Assembly (NCBI RefSeq): GCF_963921235.1
Contig: NC_086098.1
Span: forward strand, 4,092,001-4,156,000
Source of the DNA: Mobula hypostoma
Lineage: Eukaryota
Direction of reading: 5' to 3'
Length of the DNA: 64,000 nucleotides
Below the pieces are notes generated by a model that had not been told where the DNA came from, searched no databases, and worked only from the letters and a program-made list of their open reading frames with translations. Within the stretch, counting starts at the first letter, position 1. Each line of letters starts with the position of its first letter. Below are positions 37,266 through 50,895 of the stretch, in pieces. The translations under genes were made by a program, and so were the position numbers.

Positions 37266-39722
37266 TGTTAGGGCATATTCTGGACTTAGGGTCTATAGCA
37301 AAATATTAACCAGCAACCAATCTTTAGACCTGAACATGGACTGGAGATTAAATTTAAAATGCAGCTCTAGGCAATAAATTCCTAGAATTGTGAACTGCAG
37401 TTAATTGAAAAAACAGACAATGGTGATTAACACTCATTTTGGGTGTCTGGAGTACAGGTGCAAAGAAGGAGGTGTGAAAGTTATATGTAATTCAAAGAAG
37501 CATTGTAAATTAAGAATTAAAGAGTGAAATTGTTTAATTGCATATGGTGTACTGCTCGTTATTTCGTGGTACTGATTTGTAACAGGGGTACTGATTTGTA
37601 TCATTCAGCATCCACACAGACAGAAGGCTTTGCATCTCAGATTTCACAAGTTTGGTGGAGCCAGAAACTGTCTTCCCTGGACTAAAGCCGCCGGCCGCAC
37701 CTGGGGGTTTATTAGGGGGCCGGCAATGTGAAACAAAGGGTCATCAGTATCGATAACTGACCTACCCTTGCCCATGACTGGAGAGGGGATTTACATTGCC
37801 AGTGCATTGAGAGCAGGCAGCCCCAGGTTCTTGAGGTTGAGGGAGTGCAGCCCCCTGTAGATTCTTGGTCCAGCTTCATGTGTCCAAACAATGAAGGGAC
37901 TACCCTGGGGATGGACACATTGATTAAGGCAGATGCTATCATCGACTCAGGGAAAAGGAGAAATAACACAGGCAAAACAGGGACAGCAAACACGTGTGAC
38001 CCACTGAGCAGCTAACATGGCTCACAGAGAGACAGGGCAACGTGTGGGAATCGTGTCAGGAGGTCCCGAGGGAAGGGGCCAAGCACAGTCGCGAGCTGTT
38101 AGAGGTACTGCAGCTGCCAGAGCAAGGAGCAGTGATTTAAGTAAAGGCTCAGCAGAAAGGGGATAGTAAGGAGCAGAAAGGGAGTGAGTGGGCAGATATC
38201 AGGGTGAGGAGGGCAGCGGAAGGACTAGGAGCAACAGAAATTACAAGAGTACAGAAAGAAACTACAAATGCCAAGTTTGCAAGATTACATGGAGATGTGA
38301 ATGCCCACTGTAACCAGGGTAACACAGAGGGACTGAGTAAAGCAACAGCAGTATATAATGGGTCAGACAGAGCCAGAGGGAGAGGACATAGTCCTCCTAC
38401 AGCCACGTAACCCAGTCACGGTAAGGGAGCTGGCTGAAAGTGCAGCTTTCACTCCCAGGTGGATAGAACCACAGGTGGAGCTCCAGATGAACGGGGCCTG
38501 TGCTGGTGAACAGACCTGGTGAGACAGGCAGTGGAAACACTGGACTTGGGTTAAACCGTGTGACCCGCCTCTTGTCGCTCTCACAGACAGAGCAAGAGAT
38601 CAAATGTACCCCATAACTGTGTCATCGCAGGGAAACCAGTCGGATCCACCAGACCTGACCACAACTGATGGAAGAAAGCAGAGGACACTGACAGCAAGCC
38701 GTGAGTAGCATGTTAAAGTATAATGGTAACTGTACTCTGTAATGAAGGCTGGTTGCTGAAGGCAGATGATTAGCTGTACACATTAGAATAGAAAAACCGA
38801 TGGGGACAATGGATGGGAAGGCATACGAGTTACAGCAGAGACATCGGGATCCACAACTTGGATGGCAGAGCAGACCGAGAAAGAGAAGAAATTGCTCAGG
38901 GCACCTGAAGGCAGTCAGCCCCCAGTCTGAATGGGGAGTGAATACAAATGAGCTGGGCCCTTTCAGTGGCTGGGCCAGCAATCAAATAGAGAGTCTGGAA
39001 AGGAGTGACACTGGGGTGAGGTCCCTGCAGCTATTCAAACAGAGACCAGCCCAAAGCCCTCCTGTACATTGATGAGAGGGCCTGTGAGCCTGATACACTG
39101 ACCTTGCTGGTGCGGTGCCCCTGGAAAGGAGTAACCACTGGTAGCCTCTGCAGAGCTTTAGCTGTCAGAAAATGAAAGGGTGAAGATATAGAATGTGTTT
39201 AAACTGCAGTTGGCCAGCAGGGAAGGAGGCAATGTTGAAATTGCTTTTTAAAGACTGGTGGTCACATTTCTGGAACAATCTCTCTGCTTAGCATCTTGTA
39301 GGTGGCCATTAGGGATGATAGTGAAGATGTAGATGCACATAGAGTAATCGGGAGGATTCCAAAGGAGGAAATTTCTGCTGCCCTATTTGAGTAGATCCTC
39401 TTCAAGGTTGGTCTTTCCTAGCATAAATTTATTTTTGTCCTGGAGGGATAAGAGGAGGGGCTGTTAGAGCATATGTTGAACTCGGGGTGTCTTGCAAAAT
39501 ATTAACTTCAGCAACTAACTTCAGCAACCAATATTTAGACCTAAATGTGGATTGTAGATTAAATTTTAAATGAAGCTCTGGACAACAGGTTCCTAGAGCT
39601 GTGAACAGCGGTTCATTGAAAAAGCAGACAATGTTGATTAAAATTCATTTTGGGTGTCTGGATTATGGGTGCAAAGAAGGAGGTGTGAAAGTTGTATGTA
39701 ATTCAAAGGAAGCATTGTAAAT
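37266..39722 (+). mobile_element. Old non-autonomous or internally deleted LTR retroelement
   Basis: Direct repeats 37266-37510 and 39462-39722 both start TGTTAG. The 5' LTR ends ...TTCACA at 37648. PBS-like TGGTGGAG at 37653-37660. PPT GGAGGGATAAGAGGAGGGG at 39442-39460. No pol motifs seen. Confidence 0.8.
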
Positions 39723-40019
39723 ACATTTTAAACACAGAATTGTCCTTTGATCTTCAGCATGTAAAATGTCATGCGATATTAGGTCAAACAGGCCTCTTCC
39801 ACTGAAAGGGCTCAATATGATGCCTGTTGTGTGTCTCATTTTGTCAAATAAAAGACCACTCCATATCTCACTGGTGACTTTGTTCACATTACATCACCTG
39901 TGAACCTATGAGCCGTGACCCGTGACCATGAGTAGGGAAGTAGGTCACTTCGATTCCAAGCACGACTTATCTGATTGTAATCTCTTCTGCCTGGGGGAGA
40001 GGCAGGCTCAAGCAGGTCA

Positions 40020-41310
40020 AAGTTCAAAGTCACAAAATACTACCTTGAGATTCATTTTCTTGCTGGCATTCACAGAGACTAAAAAGAAATACATAAGTTT
40101 ATAAAAAAAACTATTCATAGCAAAGACTGACGGCCATCCAACGTGCAAAAGGAGACAAATGGTGTAAATAAAAAAATAAATAAATAATACTGAGAACATG
40201 AATAGCACTTCTTCACACAGAGTATCATGAGAGTGTGGAATGAGCTGCCAGCACAAGTGGTGCATGCGAGCTTGATTTCAACGTTTAAGAAAAGTCTGGA
40301 TAGGCACATGGATGGTAGGGATATGAAGGGCTAGGGTCCTGCTATAGGTCAATGGGTGTGGGCAGTTTAAATGGCTCGGTGTGGATTAGATGGGCCAGAT
40401 GGCCTGTTTGGGTGCTGCACTTGTCTATAACTCTATGACTGTAGTTGTAGAGCTGTTGGAAGTGAGCATGCAGGTTGTGGAACTAAATGGCCAGGTTCCT
40501 GGTTCTGTTCTCAGTCCTTTTGTTCTAGTGACACCACTTTATGCTGATTTGCTTCACATCAACACAACTGACACATTTCACTGTTTGTTCCAATATACAT
40601 GTGACAAATAAAACTATTCTTTAACCATTTGTAATCTTTATATAAACAATATATTATAACCAGCAATTTAACTGAACTCAAGCATATAATATTTGTTAAT
40701 GCACCAACAAAGAACTGCAGAACCATATCTTCTTCCTCTAACAAGAAAGGCAGTTTAGAATGGCTTGCAGAGGATTAGATTATTAAGAAATAGAAAAGGA
40801 AAGGTGGGTTAAAAATAAACCTTTCCTCTTTTCTCAGCCCAAAAAATCAGTGATACTTCTTCCCAGAGATGCTGCCTGGCCTGCTGAGTTCCTCCAGCAT
40901 TTTGTGTGGGTTGCAAACTTTCCTAGATCTGTCATTACAGAAACGGATCATAAGACATAGGAGCAGAATTAGGCCATTCAGCGCATTGAGTCTGCTCCAC
41001 CATTCCATCATGGCTGATTTATAATTCCTCTCAACCCCAATCTCCCCATAACTTTGACACCCTGACTAATCAAATACCTATCAACCTCCACTTTAAATAC
41101 ACTCAATGACCTGGCCTCCACAGCTGCCTGTGGCAATAAATTCCACAGATTCACCACTCTCTGGCTAAGGAACTTCCTTCTCATCTTTGTTCTAAAGTGA
41201 TGTCCTTCTAACACTGAGGCTGTGCCATCTGGCCCTAGGCTCGCCCAATATAAGAAACATCCTCTCCACATCCACTCTATCAATATTTGATAGGTTTCAG
41301 TGAGGTTCTT
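40020..41310. mobile_element. Cluster of short LINE and PLE 3' fragments (Rex1 tail -, CR1 +, PLE +, CR1 - 40945-41310)
   Basis: CR1 FFTQRV/QRVVNLWN homology (ORF 41008-41283). PLE tail gatgctgcctggcctgctgagttcctccagc at about 40865-40915. Confidence 0.7.
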
Positions 41311-41784
41311 CCAATGCTTCTTAACATATGCAGCCCCACGGAAAACTGCAGAAACAAACAGGGCCCTGTTCCCCTGCCCAAGTATTATTTTAAATATTAA
41401 TTTGACTAACCTCTTTTTCTATTCATCCTGATTTTATAGCGTGCAATTGCCACTTGCAGTTTGTTTTCAAGTGCAACCAGCTGCCATGGTTTTAATCATC
41501 GATGCAATAATTGCAGTATTTGTAACTAATTGTGACTGACAATCAAAAATTCACAGTAATGTTTCTGGCATAACTGATGGATTTCTGTCCCCAAAGAAAA
41601 GTTGAAAATTACAGCAAAAAACAGTCATTAAAAGCCTTGAACCTCTAATTAGTGATGAGCAAAATCAAGTTTCGATTCTTTATCCCTTCTGCTATTTTAC
41701 TTAAAGTTCAAAGTTCTTCACACTGCTTCAGCCTTCTTTCCTCGATCACATTCCATTCAGTGATTTCACCAGTAAAGAAGTACT

Positions 41785-41910
41785 AGCAACACACATCAAA
41801 GTTGCTGGTGAACGCAGCAGGCCGGGCAGCATCTCTGGGAAGAGGTACAGTCGACGTTTCGGTCTGAGACCCTTCGTCAGGACTAAATGAAAGAAGAGCT
41901 AGTAAGAGAA
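41785..41910 (-). mobile_element. Short PLE 3'-terminal fragment carrying a hammerhead motif
   Basis: Near-identical to the termini at 45303-45425 and 56666-56785. Confidence 0.85.
41849..41884 (-). ncRNA. Minimal type I hammerhead ribozyme motif (PLE-associated), core intact
   Basis: AGUC-CUGACGA-AGGGUCUCAGACC-GAAAC-GUC^-GACU: stem I AGUC/GACU, conserved core, GUC cleavage triplet. Confidence 0.75.
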
Positions 41911-41979
41911 GAACTACTGTTCCCCTTTTCCTTATGAATTCAATTGATGGAATCAGTTGATTCTATTAATTTTTGATGA

Positions 41980-43385
41980 AGGTTGAGGCCCTGGGGACAA
42001 TTCAGAAGTCAGGAACTTGAGGCCCAGTGGCAGAGCCCTGGGTCTATAAATCTCTGAGAGTTTGCTGGGGTAGCTGAAGGCCTAATGACTGTGTACCTGC
42101 ATCCGCTGCAGGATGGAGGCCAAAGAAGATGGGGTTAAAGGGCTGTGAATGTGTGTGGGTGGGAGAGTGGAGTGAAGCTTGTTGTGTAAATTGTGTAAAA
42201 TGTTGTTTTGTTGCATGTTACGTTCTGCGGTGTTCTGCTGAACGTTGTGGATATGCTACCTTAGTGTTAGAATGTGTGGCAATGCTTGTGGGCTGCCCTC
42301 AGAACATCCTTGGGTCTGTTGGTTGTTAACTCAAAAAGACACATTTCACAGACACATTTCACAATGTACATGTGATAAATAAACTTGAATCTTGAATCTG
42401 AATCTTGCCTTGATGCGTATAAAATTGGCGAAGAATGAATTAATCTTAGATTTTCCTTTCCAGGTTGGAAGTCCATGTGCAACTGGCGACACCTCTCGTG
42501 GATAAGTTCAAGAAGACTGATACGACTCATTAAAGAAAGCATCTTTCAGGATGACTTGAGTGTAAACACATGACTTAAAAACTTGCAGCCACTTGCAGTT
42601 GCTAGGCTGAAATTTTGTTTATTATTTTGGGAGCTGAATATGAAGCAGAAATCGTTCCCAGAACATTGAGTGTGTGTTTTCTGGCTCCTGTACCTCCTCC
42701 TGATGACAGTAATGAGGGGAGAGCATGTGCTGGGTGATGGGGGTTCTTAATGATGGATGATGCCCTCTTAAGGTATCGCCTTTTGAAGGTGTCCTGGATG
42801 CTGGGGAGGCTGGTACCCACGATGGAGCTGACCGAGTTTACAGCTTTCTGATTCTGTACAGTGACCTCTCCATACCAACGGTGATACAACCAGTTAGAAT
42901 GCTCTACACAGTACATCTGTAGATGTTCTTAGAGTCTTTAGTGACAGAGCAAATCTCTTCAAGCTCCTGATGAAATAGAGCAGCTGCCCTGCCTTCTTCT
43001 GATACTGTAATATGTTTGGCTCAGGATAGATCTTCAGAAAGATATATATTAGATTAGATTCAACTTTATTGTCATTGTGCCGAGTACAGATACAAAGCCA
43101 ATCAAATGCACTTAGCATCTGACCAGAAATGCAAAGAATAGTGTTATTTACAAAATAACTGCGAATAAAAAAGTGCTACAGCACACAAATATAAAAGTAC
43201 TGAGACAGTACAATACAGATGCAATACTGCTTAGCGCTGTGATGTGAGGTTCAGCAGTGTCACAGCCTCAGGGAAGAAGCTCTTCCTGTGCCTGCTGGTG
43301 CGGGAGCGGAGGCTCCTGTAGCGCCTACCGGATGGGAGGAGAGTAAAAAGTCCATGGTTAGGGTGAGATGCATCCCTGATAATGC
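41980..43385. mobile_element. Non-coding retroposon (+, to about 42405, (GAATCTT)n tail) and Rex1 fragments (-, 42650-43020; 43050-43385 with (TCTAA)n tail)
   Basis: Tail gtacatgtgataaataaacttgaatcttgaatct. ORF 42602-42916 (RASSIIKNPHHPAHAL). Confidence 0.65.
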
Positions 43386-44021
43386 TAATACATTAACAAT
43401 GATGATTAATGATAATACATCAACCAGTTTTATTTAACCCTAGTATTGCCACAGCATTTTTATATTTCCTCAGTGATTATCATTAATGGGTATATTGACA
43501 ACCTGCATGAGGGGACTTCAATCCAGTATTTTAACAGTGACTCAAAATATGCAGTTTTTGCTCTTGGGAATGCACCAAAAGGAAATAGGGGAATGGAATG
43601 TATATTTGAATAGCAGATTGGGATGTGTACCTGATACATAAACTTCCAAAGCTGTAAAAGTAATTTCCAAATTTATAAAATTAACAACCAAAGTGTGTAA
43701 AGAAACCTCTAGCAGTGATGCGTCACTGTCGAAAAGTCTTCTCATAGAAATAGACAAATAAAGCAGTCATGAAACGTCTACGTTCCTTGGCAGATTTTCT
43801 GTCATAACTCTCATCTCCTCAGTTGCCACTCCATCTCCTTGTCAGGGTTCCATCATATCTCCTGTCTCCTTAGTTGCCATTGTGTTTTCATCTTGCTTTC
43901 TCTCGGAATTCCAGAAAGTATGTGGCTATACCATTAAATTCAAAATGTTGTTCCCTTGCTCCATGTTCAAAAACTGTGCCCTTGAACCAGAGGAGATAAT
44001 TTCATTCAACTTCACTCACCT

Positions 44022-44681
44022 GGGAGGAGGAGATGGCGGCATGATGCAGTGTGCGTGGCCGCTCCGAAATTATATCGTATGTGTTAACTTGGGGCCGTGC
44101 ACAATCCTGATTTGATGGAGACGGACGTGAGAAGCACGGAGGAACACCTGGAGAAACTTCTGAAATGCCTGCTTCGCTGCCGCTGCTACTGAGCGATCGA
44201 GAATCTCCGGAGGGGAAGGCCCCAAATCCTCGGCTTTACCTATCGCCTGTTGCCGGGGCTGGGGTCGAAGCGCTCGGCAGAGATGGTGCTCGGTGTCGGA
44301 GGGCTGGTCAGAGGCTCGGAGTTTTCGGACGGACTCAAGAGTCGGCTGTGATCAGGTGCTTCCAGGGTGCTGCATCAGCAAGTTTGCGGCGCTGGAAGCT
44401 CATGGCTGGGAGAGTTTCTCCCTTCTACCGTCTGTGTGAGATGATGGGACTTTTGAGAGACTTTGAGACTTTTTTTACTGTGCCGATGGTCTGTTCTTCA
44501 GCAAATTACGGTATTGCTTGCACTGTTGTAACTATATGTTATAATTATGTGGTTTTTGTCAGTTTTTCAGTCGGTTTGTCTTGTGTTTCTGTGATATCAT
44601 TCTGGAGAAACATTGTATCATTTCTTAATGCATGCATTACTAAATGACAATAAAAGAGGACTGCGTGTCCTCATAATCTAA
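44022..44681 (+). mobile_element. GC/CpG-rich non-coding retroposon with a GAGATGGCGG head and TSD, inserted in an older Rex1 tail (43960-44970)
   Basis: TSD tcacct at 44016-44021 and 44682-44687. Ends aaatgacaataaaagaggactgcgtgtcctcataatctaa. Confidence 0.75.
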
Positions 44682-45302
44682 TCACCTTGACATGAACTGC
44701 TCCTACAACCTATGAACTCACTTCCAAAGACTCTTCAGCTTACTTATTTATGCATTATTATTATTTTATGTTTTTTTCTTTTTATATTTGCAGAGTTCGT
44801 TATCTTTTGCACATTGGTTGAATGGCCAAGTTGGTGTGATCTTTCATCGATTCTTTTGTGTTTCTTTGTATTTGCTCCAAATGCCCACACAAAAAAAAAA
44901 GAATCTTGGGGATGTACTGAATATGGTAACATATACACACACTCTGATAATAAATTTACTTTGAACCTTTTAAAATCACTACAGTTGAGTGGGCGGAGCT
45001 AAAGATAGCAACTTTTCCAGCTCATCAGTGAAACAGTTAAATTCTTCCTATTCTAATGTCTCTGTTCACCTTTTCCAGGTGGCTGGGGTCCTATCGGATC
45101 ATTGATCTACAGCAATACACAAAAACTGCAGTTCTGCATGACGGCCTGTTCCCGTTCTTGGAGCTCACTGATCAGCTGCTTTTCGGTATTAAAGTCAGGC
45201 AACTTCGGGGCCCATGTGGCCCTGTGGACACAAACTCACACCAGTGTCACATACTGAAGCATAGCAGGAGCCAGAATGTCAAAGACAGCAGCGTGGCTAT
45301 TG

Positions 45303-46276
45303 AAGCAACACACATCAAAGTTGCTGGTGAACGCAGCAGGCCAGGCAGCATCTCTAGGAAGAGGTACAGTCGATATTTCAGGCCGAGACCCTTTGTCAGG
45401 ACTAACTGAAAGAAGAGCTAGTAAGAGATTTGAAAGTGGGAGGGGGAGGGGGAGATCCAAAATGATAGGAGAAGACAGGAGGGGGAGGGATGGAGCCGAG
45501 AGCTGGACAGGTGATAGGCAAAAGGGGATACGAGAGGATCATGGGACAGGAGGCCCAGGGAGAAAGACAAAGTGGGGGGGGGAACCCAGAGGATGGGCAA
45601 GGGGGTATAGTAAGAGGGACAGAGGGAGAAAAAGGAGAGAGAGAGAGAGAAAGAATGTGTGTATATAAATAAATAACGGATGGGGTACAAGGGGGAGGTG
45701 GGGCATTAGCGGAAGTTAGAGAAGTCAATGTTCATGCCATCAGGTTGGAGGCTACCCAGACGGAATATAAGGTGTTGTTCCTCCAACCTGAGTGTGGCTT
45801 CATCTTTACGGTAGAGGAGGCCGTGGATAGACGTATCAGAATGGGAATGGGATGTGGAATTAAAATGTGTGGCCACTGGGAGATCCTGCTTTCTCTGGCA
45901 GACAGAGCGTAGGTGTTCAGCAAAACGATCTCCCAGTCTGCGTTGGGTTTCGCCAATATATAGAAGGCCACATCGGGAGCACCGGATGCAGTATATCACC
46001 CCAGCCGACTCACAGGTGAAGTGTCGCCTCACTTGGAAGGACTGTCTGGGCCCCTGAATGGTGGTAAGGGAGGAAGTGTAAGGGCATGTGTAACACTTGT
46101 TCCACTTACAAGGATAAGTGCCAGGAGGGAGATCAGTGGGGAGGATGGGGGGACGACTGGACAAGGAGACGCGTAGGGAGCGATCCCTGCGGAAAGCAGA
46201 GAGAGGTGGGGAGGGAAAGATATGCTTAGTGGTGGGATCCCGTTGGAGGTGGCGGAAGTTACGGAGGATAATATGT
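45303..46276 (-). mobile_element. Penelope-like element (GIY-YIG and 3' UTR) with a 10-bp TSD, inside a non-coding retroposon (about 44990-46695)
   Basis: ORF 45706-46299 has an uninterrupted GIY-YIG domain. TSD gtggctattg at 45293-45302 and 46277-46286. Confidence 0.92.
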
Positions 46277-46880
46277 GTGGCTATTGGACGGTTCTGCACC
46301 CAGTAATCGATTTGCCGATTCTCAAGTCGGAGAACTCAAAATAAAAAAGCAATGCTTACTATAACATCGAAATAGCGACTGTTGTCTCCCAGTCACGGTG
46401 GAAGGCATGTTATCTGTTAGTGAGAGAGGGAGACTGTGGGATATTGAAATGTTGGAGTGAACAGTTACTTTTTGATGTCTCTCTCTGGGGTTTTTGCTGT
46501 TGTTTGCATGTGGGTGGTGGGAATGCTGATGCTTTATGTGAGAATAAGTTGGGGGAGGGCTTTGGGGTTCTTACTTTTTTGTTCATTCATTCTTTGAGGG
46601 TTTTTCTTCTGTTTCGAGGATGTCTGCAGACAGTGAAAATTTCAGGTTGTGCACTATATACATTCTTTGATATTAAATGAAACTCTTGAGCCATTGAACT
46701 ATCATTAATCCTGTAGAATTAGTAATCACCCTCATCCAGAGGGTTATGTGTTCTTAGCCGAGAAAGCACAATTAAAACAGAATACAAAATATTGAAATTG
46801 CCTGCCCAGTGGTAAAGCAGTTTTCCACAACTTAAACTCTTACCCACATCCAAACCCAGATCCAGATTCAGGCTATAGTT

Positions 46881-47385
46881 ACACGTTGAGTACCCCTGAT
46901 CTGAAAATCCAAACCCCGAAAACCTCCAAAATCTGAAATTTTTTTGCGTTCTGACATGACCTCACAAATGAAAAGTTCCACAGGTTACTGGGAAGGTTCC
47001 CAGGCGTTGCACAGGTCCCTGCACACCACAGACAGTTCTGAGAAGTGATCTCACCTATGTAATGAACAGAAGTTAATGAAAATTGAAAAACACTCCATAA
47101 AGCAAAAAATGAAGATCCTGTGTGTATTGAAAGAGTGGATTTGTCAGTGTCAGAGTGGGTATATGCCACCAAACTGTATGCTGATCATGACACAAGCAAA
47201 GATCTATCACGACAAATTGAAGATCATTGTGAATATTCAGCAGGTTGGTTACAGAAATTTAAGAGAACGGACAGCATTAAACATTTTAAGATTTGTAGTG
47301 ATAAAGCGTTTGCTGATCACAAAGCAGCAGAGAAATTCATTGATGAGTTTGCCAAGATTGTCACTGCTGAGAATCTAACATGGTA
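46881..47385 (+). mobile_element. Tigger/pogo-like transposon 5' fragment (CENP-B-type HTH remnant)
   Basis: Terminus cacgttgagtacccctgatctgaaaat and ORF SAGWLQKFK...ADHKAAEKFIDEFAKIV. A similar terminus occurs at 50896. Confidence 0.78.
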
Positions 47386-47389
47386 AACG

Positions 47390-47760
47390 GCTGCATCAAC
47401 TTGGGAAAAAAGTCTTAGACACGTGGAAAAAAATTCTGTAAAGCAAAGATGCTTTCAAAAATAATGAAATGAAAAGTTTCTAAATATCAAAAAATACTAT
47501 AAAGGGTAGTAAACATTAAAACAGCTAAATCAAATCAATATTTGGTGTGATCACCCTTTCCTTTAAAATTGCATCAACTCTCTTAGGTACACTGTCTTAC
47601 AGTTTTATAAGAAAATCGGCTGGTAGGTCGTTCCAAGCATCTTGGAGAACTTGCCACTGATCTTCTGCAGACTTTGGCTGTCTCACTTGCTTCTGTCTTT
47701 CGAGATAAAACCAGACAGCCTCAATGATATTGAGATCAGGGCTCTGTGGTGGCCATATCA
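47390..47760 (-). mobile_element. Tc1 transposon 3' fragment
   Basis: WPPQSPDLNIIEAVW...LQDAWNDLP is the Tc1 catalytic C-terminal motif. Confidence 0.88.
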
Positions 47761-48560
47761 CAGTACCACAGGGAGGGAGGCACAAGGGGTGGGGGTGTGG
47801 CACTGTTGGTCAGAGATAGTGTCACGGCTTCAGAAAAGGAGGAAGACATGGAAGGATTGTATACGGTGTCTTTGTGGGTGGAGGTTAGGAACAGCAAGGG
47901 GTCAATAACTCTACTGGGTGTTTTTTATAGGCCGCCCAATAGTTATAGGGATATCGAGGAGCAGATAGGGAAACAGATCCTGGAAAGGTGTAATAATAAC
48001 TGAGTTGTCATGATGGGAGATTATAATTTCCCAAATATCGATTGGCATGTCCTTAGAGCAAGGGGTTTAGATGGGGTGGAGTTTGTTAGGTGTGTTCAGG
48101 AAGGTTTCTTGACACAATACGTAGATAAGCCTACAAGAGGAGAGACTGTACTTGATTTGGTATTGGGAAATGAACCTGGTCAGGTGTCAGATCTCTCAGT
48201 GGGAGAGCATTTTGGGGATAGTGATCATAATTCTATCTCCTTTACAATAACATTGGAGAGAGATAGGAACAGACAAGTTAGAAAAGCATTTAATTGGAGT
48301 AAGTGGAATTATGAGGCTGTCAGGCAGGAAATTGGGAGCTTAAATTGGGAACAGATATTCTCAGGGAAAAGTACGGAAGAAATTTGGCAAATGTTCGGGG
48401 GTTATTTGTGTGGAGTTCTGCATAGGTGCAGAACTCCACACAAATAACCCCCGATGAGACAGGGAAGTTATAGTAGGGTACAGGAACCGTAGTGTACAAA
48501 AGCTGGAATAAATGTAGTCAAGAAGAAAAGAAAAGCTTACAAAAGGTTCAAAGAGCTAGG
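47760..48560 (+). mobile_element. CR1 endonuclease fragment
   Basis: ORFs 47746-48003 (YRPP) and 48010-48447 (GDYN, GDSDH). Confidence 0.88.
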
Positions 48561-48562
48561 TA

Positions 48563-48900
48563 GCACGCACAAAATGCTGGAGGAACTCAGCAGGTCGGGC
48601 AGCATCCATGGAGACGAACAGTCAACGTTTCAGGCTGAGACCCTTCGTCAGGACTGAAGAGGGAGGGTGCAGGGGCCCTATAAAGAAGGTGGGGGGAGGG
48701 TGGGAAGGAGAAGGTTGGTAGGTGCCAAGTGAAAAACCAGTAAGGGGAAAGATCAAGGGGTGGGGAGGGGAGGCAGGGAGGGGATAGAAGGTGAAGAAGG
48801 AATAGGGAAAGCATAATGGGTAGTAGAAGGTGGCAGAACCATGAGGTAGGTGATAGGCAGCTGGAGGAGGGGGCAGAGTGAAACTGGGATCCCCTCCCTT
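48563..48900 (-). mobile_element. PLE 3' fragment (second subfamily)
   Basis: Terminus cacaaaatgctggaggaactcagcagg, a hammerhead motif and a purine-rich UTR. Confidence 0.78.
48619..48656 (-). ncRNA. Minimal type I hammerhead ribozyme motif, core intact, GUU site
   Basis: CAGUC-CUGACGA-AGGGUCUCAGCCU-GAAAC-GUU^-GACUG with a 5-bp stem I. Confidence 0.7.
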
Positions 48901-50515
48901 TCCCAATCACTCAGCTTCCCATTCACTTTTGCTACTTTATAAGCCCTTTCCTTGGTTTTTATGCAGTCCTTAACTTCTCTTGTCAGCCATGGTAGCCTAC
49001 CCCCGCCATCGGAGAATTTATTCTTCTGTGGGACATGTCGATCCTGTGCCTTGTAAACTATTCCCAGAAAATTCAGCCAACTCTGTTCTGCCACCACCCC
49101 CACCAGTATCTCCCTCCAATCCACCTGGGCCTCTGTACCCCCCTCTGCAATTGGATCCTCGACTTCCCAACCAGAAGACCACAGTCTGTGCGGATTGGTG
49201 ATAACATATCCTCCTTGCTGACGATCAACACTACTCTTGTCTCTATATACACATGACTGTGTGGCTAGGCATAGCTCAAATACCATTTATAACTTTGCTG
49301 ATGATACAACCATTGTTGGTAGAATCTCAGGTGGTGACGGGAGGGCGTACAGGAGTGAGATATGCCAACCAGTGTAGTGGTGCCGCAGCAACAACCTGGC
49401 ACTCAACGTCAGTAAGATGAAAGAGCTGATTGTGGACTTCAGGAAGGGTAAGATGAAGGAACACATACCAATCCTCACAGAGGGATCAGAAATGGAGAGA
49501 GTGAGCAGTTTCCCAAGTTCCTGGGTGTCAAGGTCTCTGAGGATCTAACCTGGTCCCGACATATCGGTGCAGTTATAAAGAAGGCAAGAGAGCGGCTATA
49601 CATTATTAGGAGTTTGAAGAGATTTGTCATGCCAACAAATGCACTCAAAAACTTCTATAGTTGTACCATAGAGAGCATTCTGACAGGCTGCATCACTGTC
49701 TGTATGGAGGAGCTACTGCACAGGACCGAAAGAAGCTGCAGAAGGTTGTAAATCTAGTCAGCTCCATCTTGGATACTAGCCTACAAAGTACCCAGGACAT
49801 CTTTAGAGAGCAGTGTCTCAGAAAGGCAGCGTCCATTATTAAGGACCTCTAGCACCCAGGGCATGCCCTTTTCTCACTGTTACCATCGGGTAGGAGGTAC
49901 AGAAGCCTGAAGGCACACACTCAGCGATTCAGGAACAGCTTCTTCCCTTCTGCCATCCGATTCCTAAATGGACATTGAAGCTTTGGACACCACCTCACTT
50001 TTATTTAATATACAGTATTTCTGTTTTTGCACATTTTTAAATCTATTCAATATACGTTTATTTGTTTATTTATTATGTTTTATCTATTATTTATTTATTT
50101 CTCTGTTAGATTACGTATTGCATTGAACTACTGCTGCTAAATTAACAAATTTCACGTTACATGCCGGTGATAATAAACCTGATTCTGATTCTGATCACTA
50201 CCTCCTAAGGGTTCCTTTACATGAAGCTCCCTAATAAAATTTGGGTTATTAGACAACCCAATCTCATATAGCCTTTCCCTGAGTAGGCTCAAGCACAAGC
50301 TGCTTTAAAAAGCCATTTTGTAGGCATTCAACAAATTCCCTCTCCTGCAATCCGACACCAACCTGATTTTCCCAAACCCCTTGCATATTAAAGTAGTCCA
50401 TTACAATTGTGTCATTACCCTTATTACGTGCCTTTTCCAGCTTCTTTTGCAATCTCAACCCCATGTCTTGGCTACCATTTGGAGGCCTATATATGATTCC
50501 CGTTATCGTTTCTTT
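48900..50515. mobile_element. CR1 fragment (-) split by a Rex1 LINE (+, about 49120-50195, (GATTCT)n tail)
   Basis: CR1 PWLTREVKDCIK and YRPP remnants. Rex1 [13 protein letters not shown] and FADDT remnants, tail taataaacctgattctgattctgat. Confidence 0.8.
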
Positions 50516-50895
50516 ACCCAGAGCACTCAGCGGAAACACACGTGGGCCATGGAGAGAAATGTCTTACAGGCAGCGGCAGGAACAAACCCTGATTGGTGAT
50601 CTCTGGCGCTTTAAAGCGATGCGCTACTGAACACAGGATAGAAAATGAACAGTGTTCTTCCCTCAAAAAACTGTGAATGTTTGAAATTCTCTGCTCTGTT
50701 GGCCATAGTAATGCAGACATTGTTATTATTTAAGATAAGAAGCAATATATTTTGTGTATAAAGTTAATCAATGCACAAGAGGATATTGCAAGAAGGTGTA
50801 GTTGAGATACCAAATAGCCATGATCTTTAATGGATACAGTGGAGGACTGAATGACCAGATTTACACTTCCAATAGGCAGTGGAACTTAGGTGGTG

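Noticed and set aside
37712..39072. Short ORFs inside the LTR element as novel genes
   Set aside because: Overlapping on both strands, with no recognisable domains or splice structure. At best decayed gag.
47076..47386. TIGD/JRK host gene
   Set aside because: A short frameshifted fragment next to a TIR-like terminus, cut off by a Tc1 fragment.
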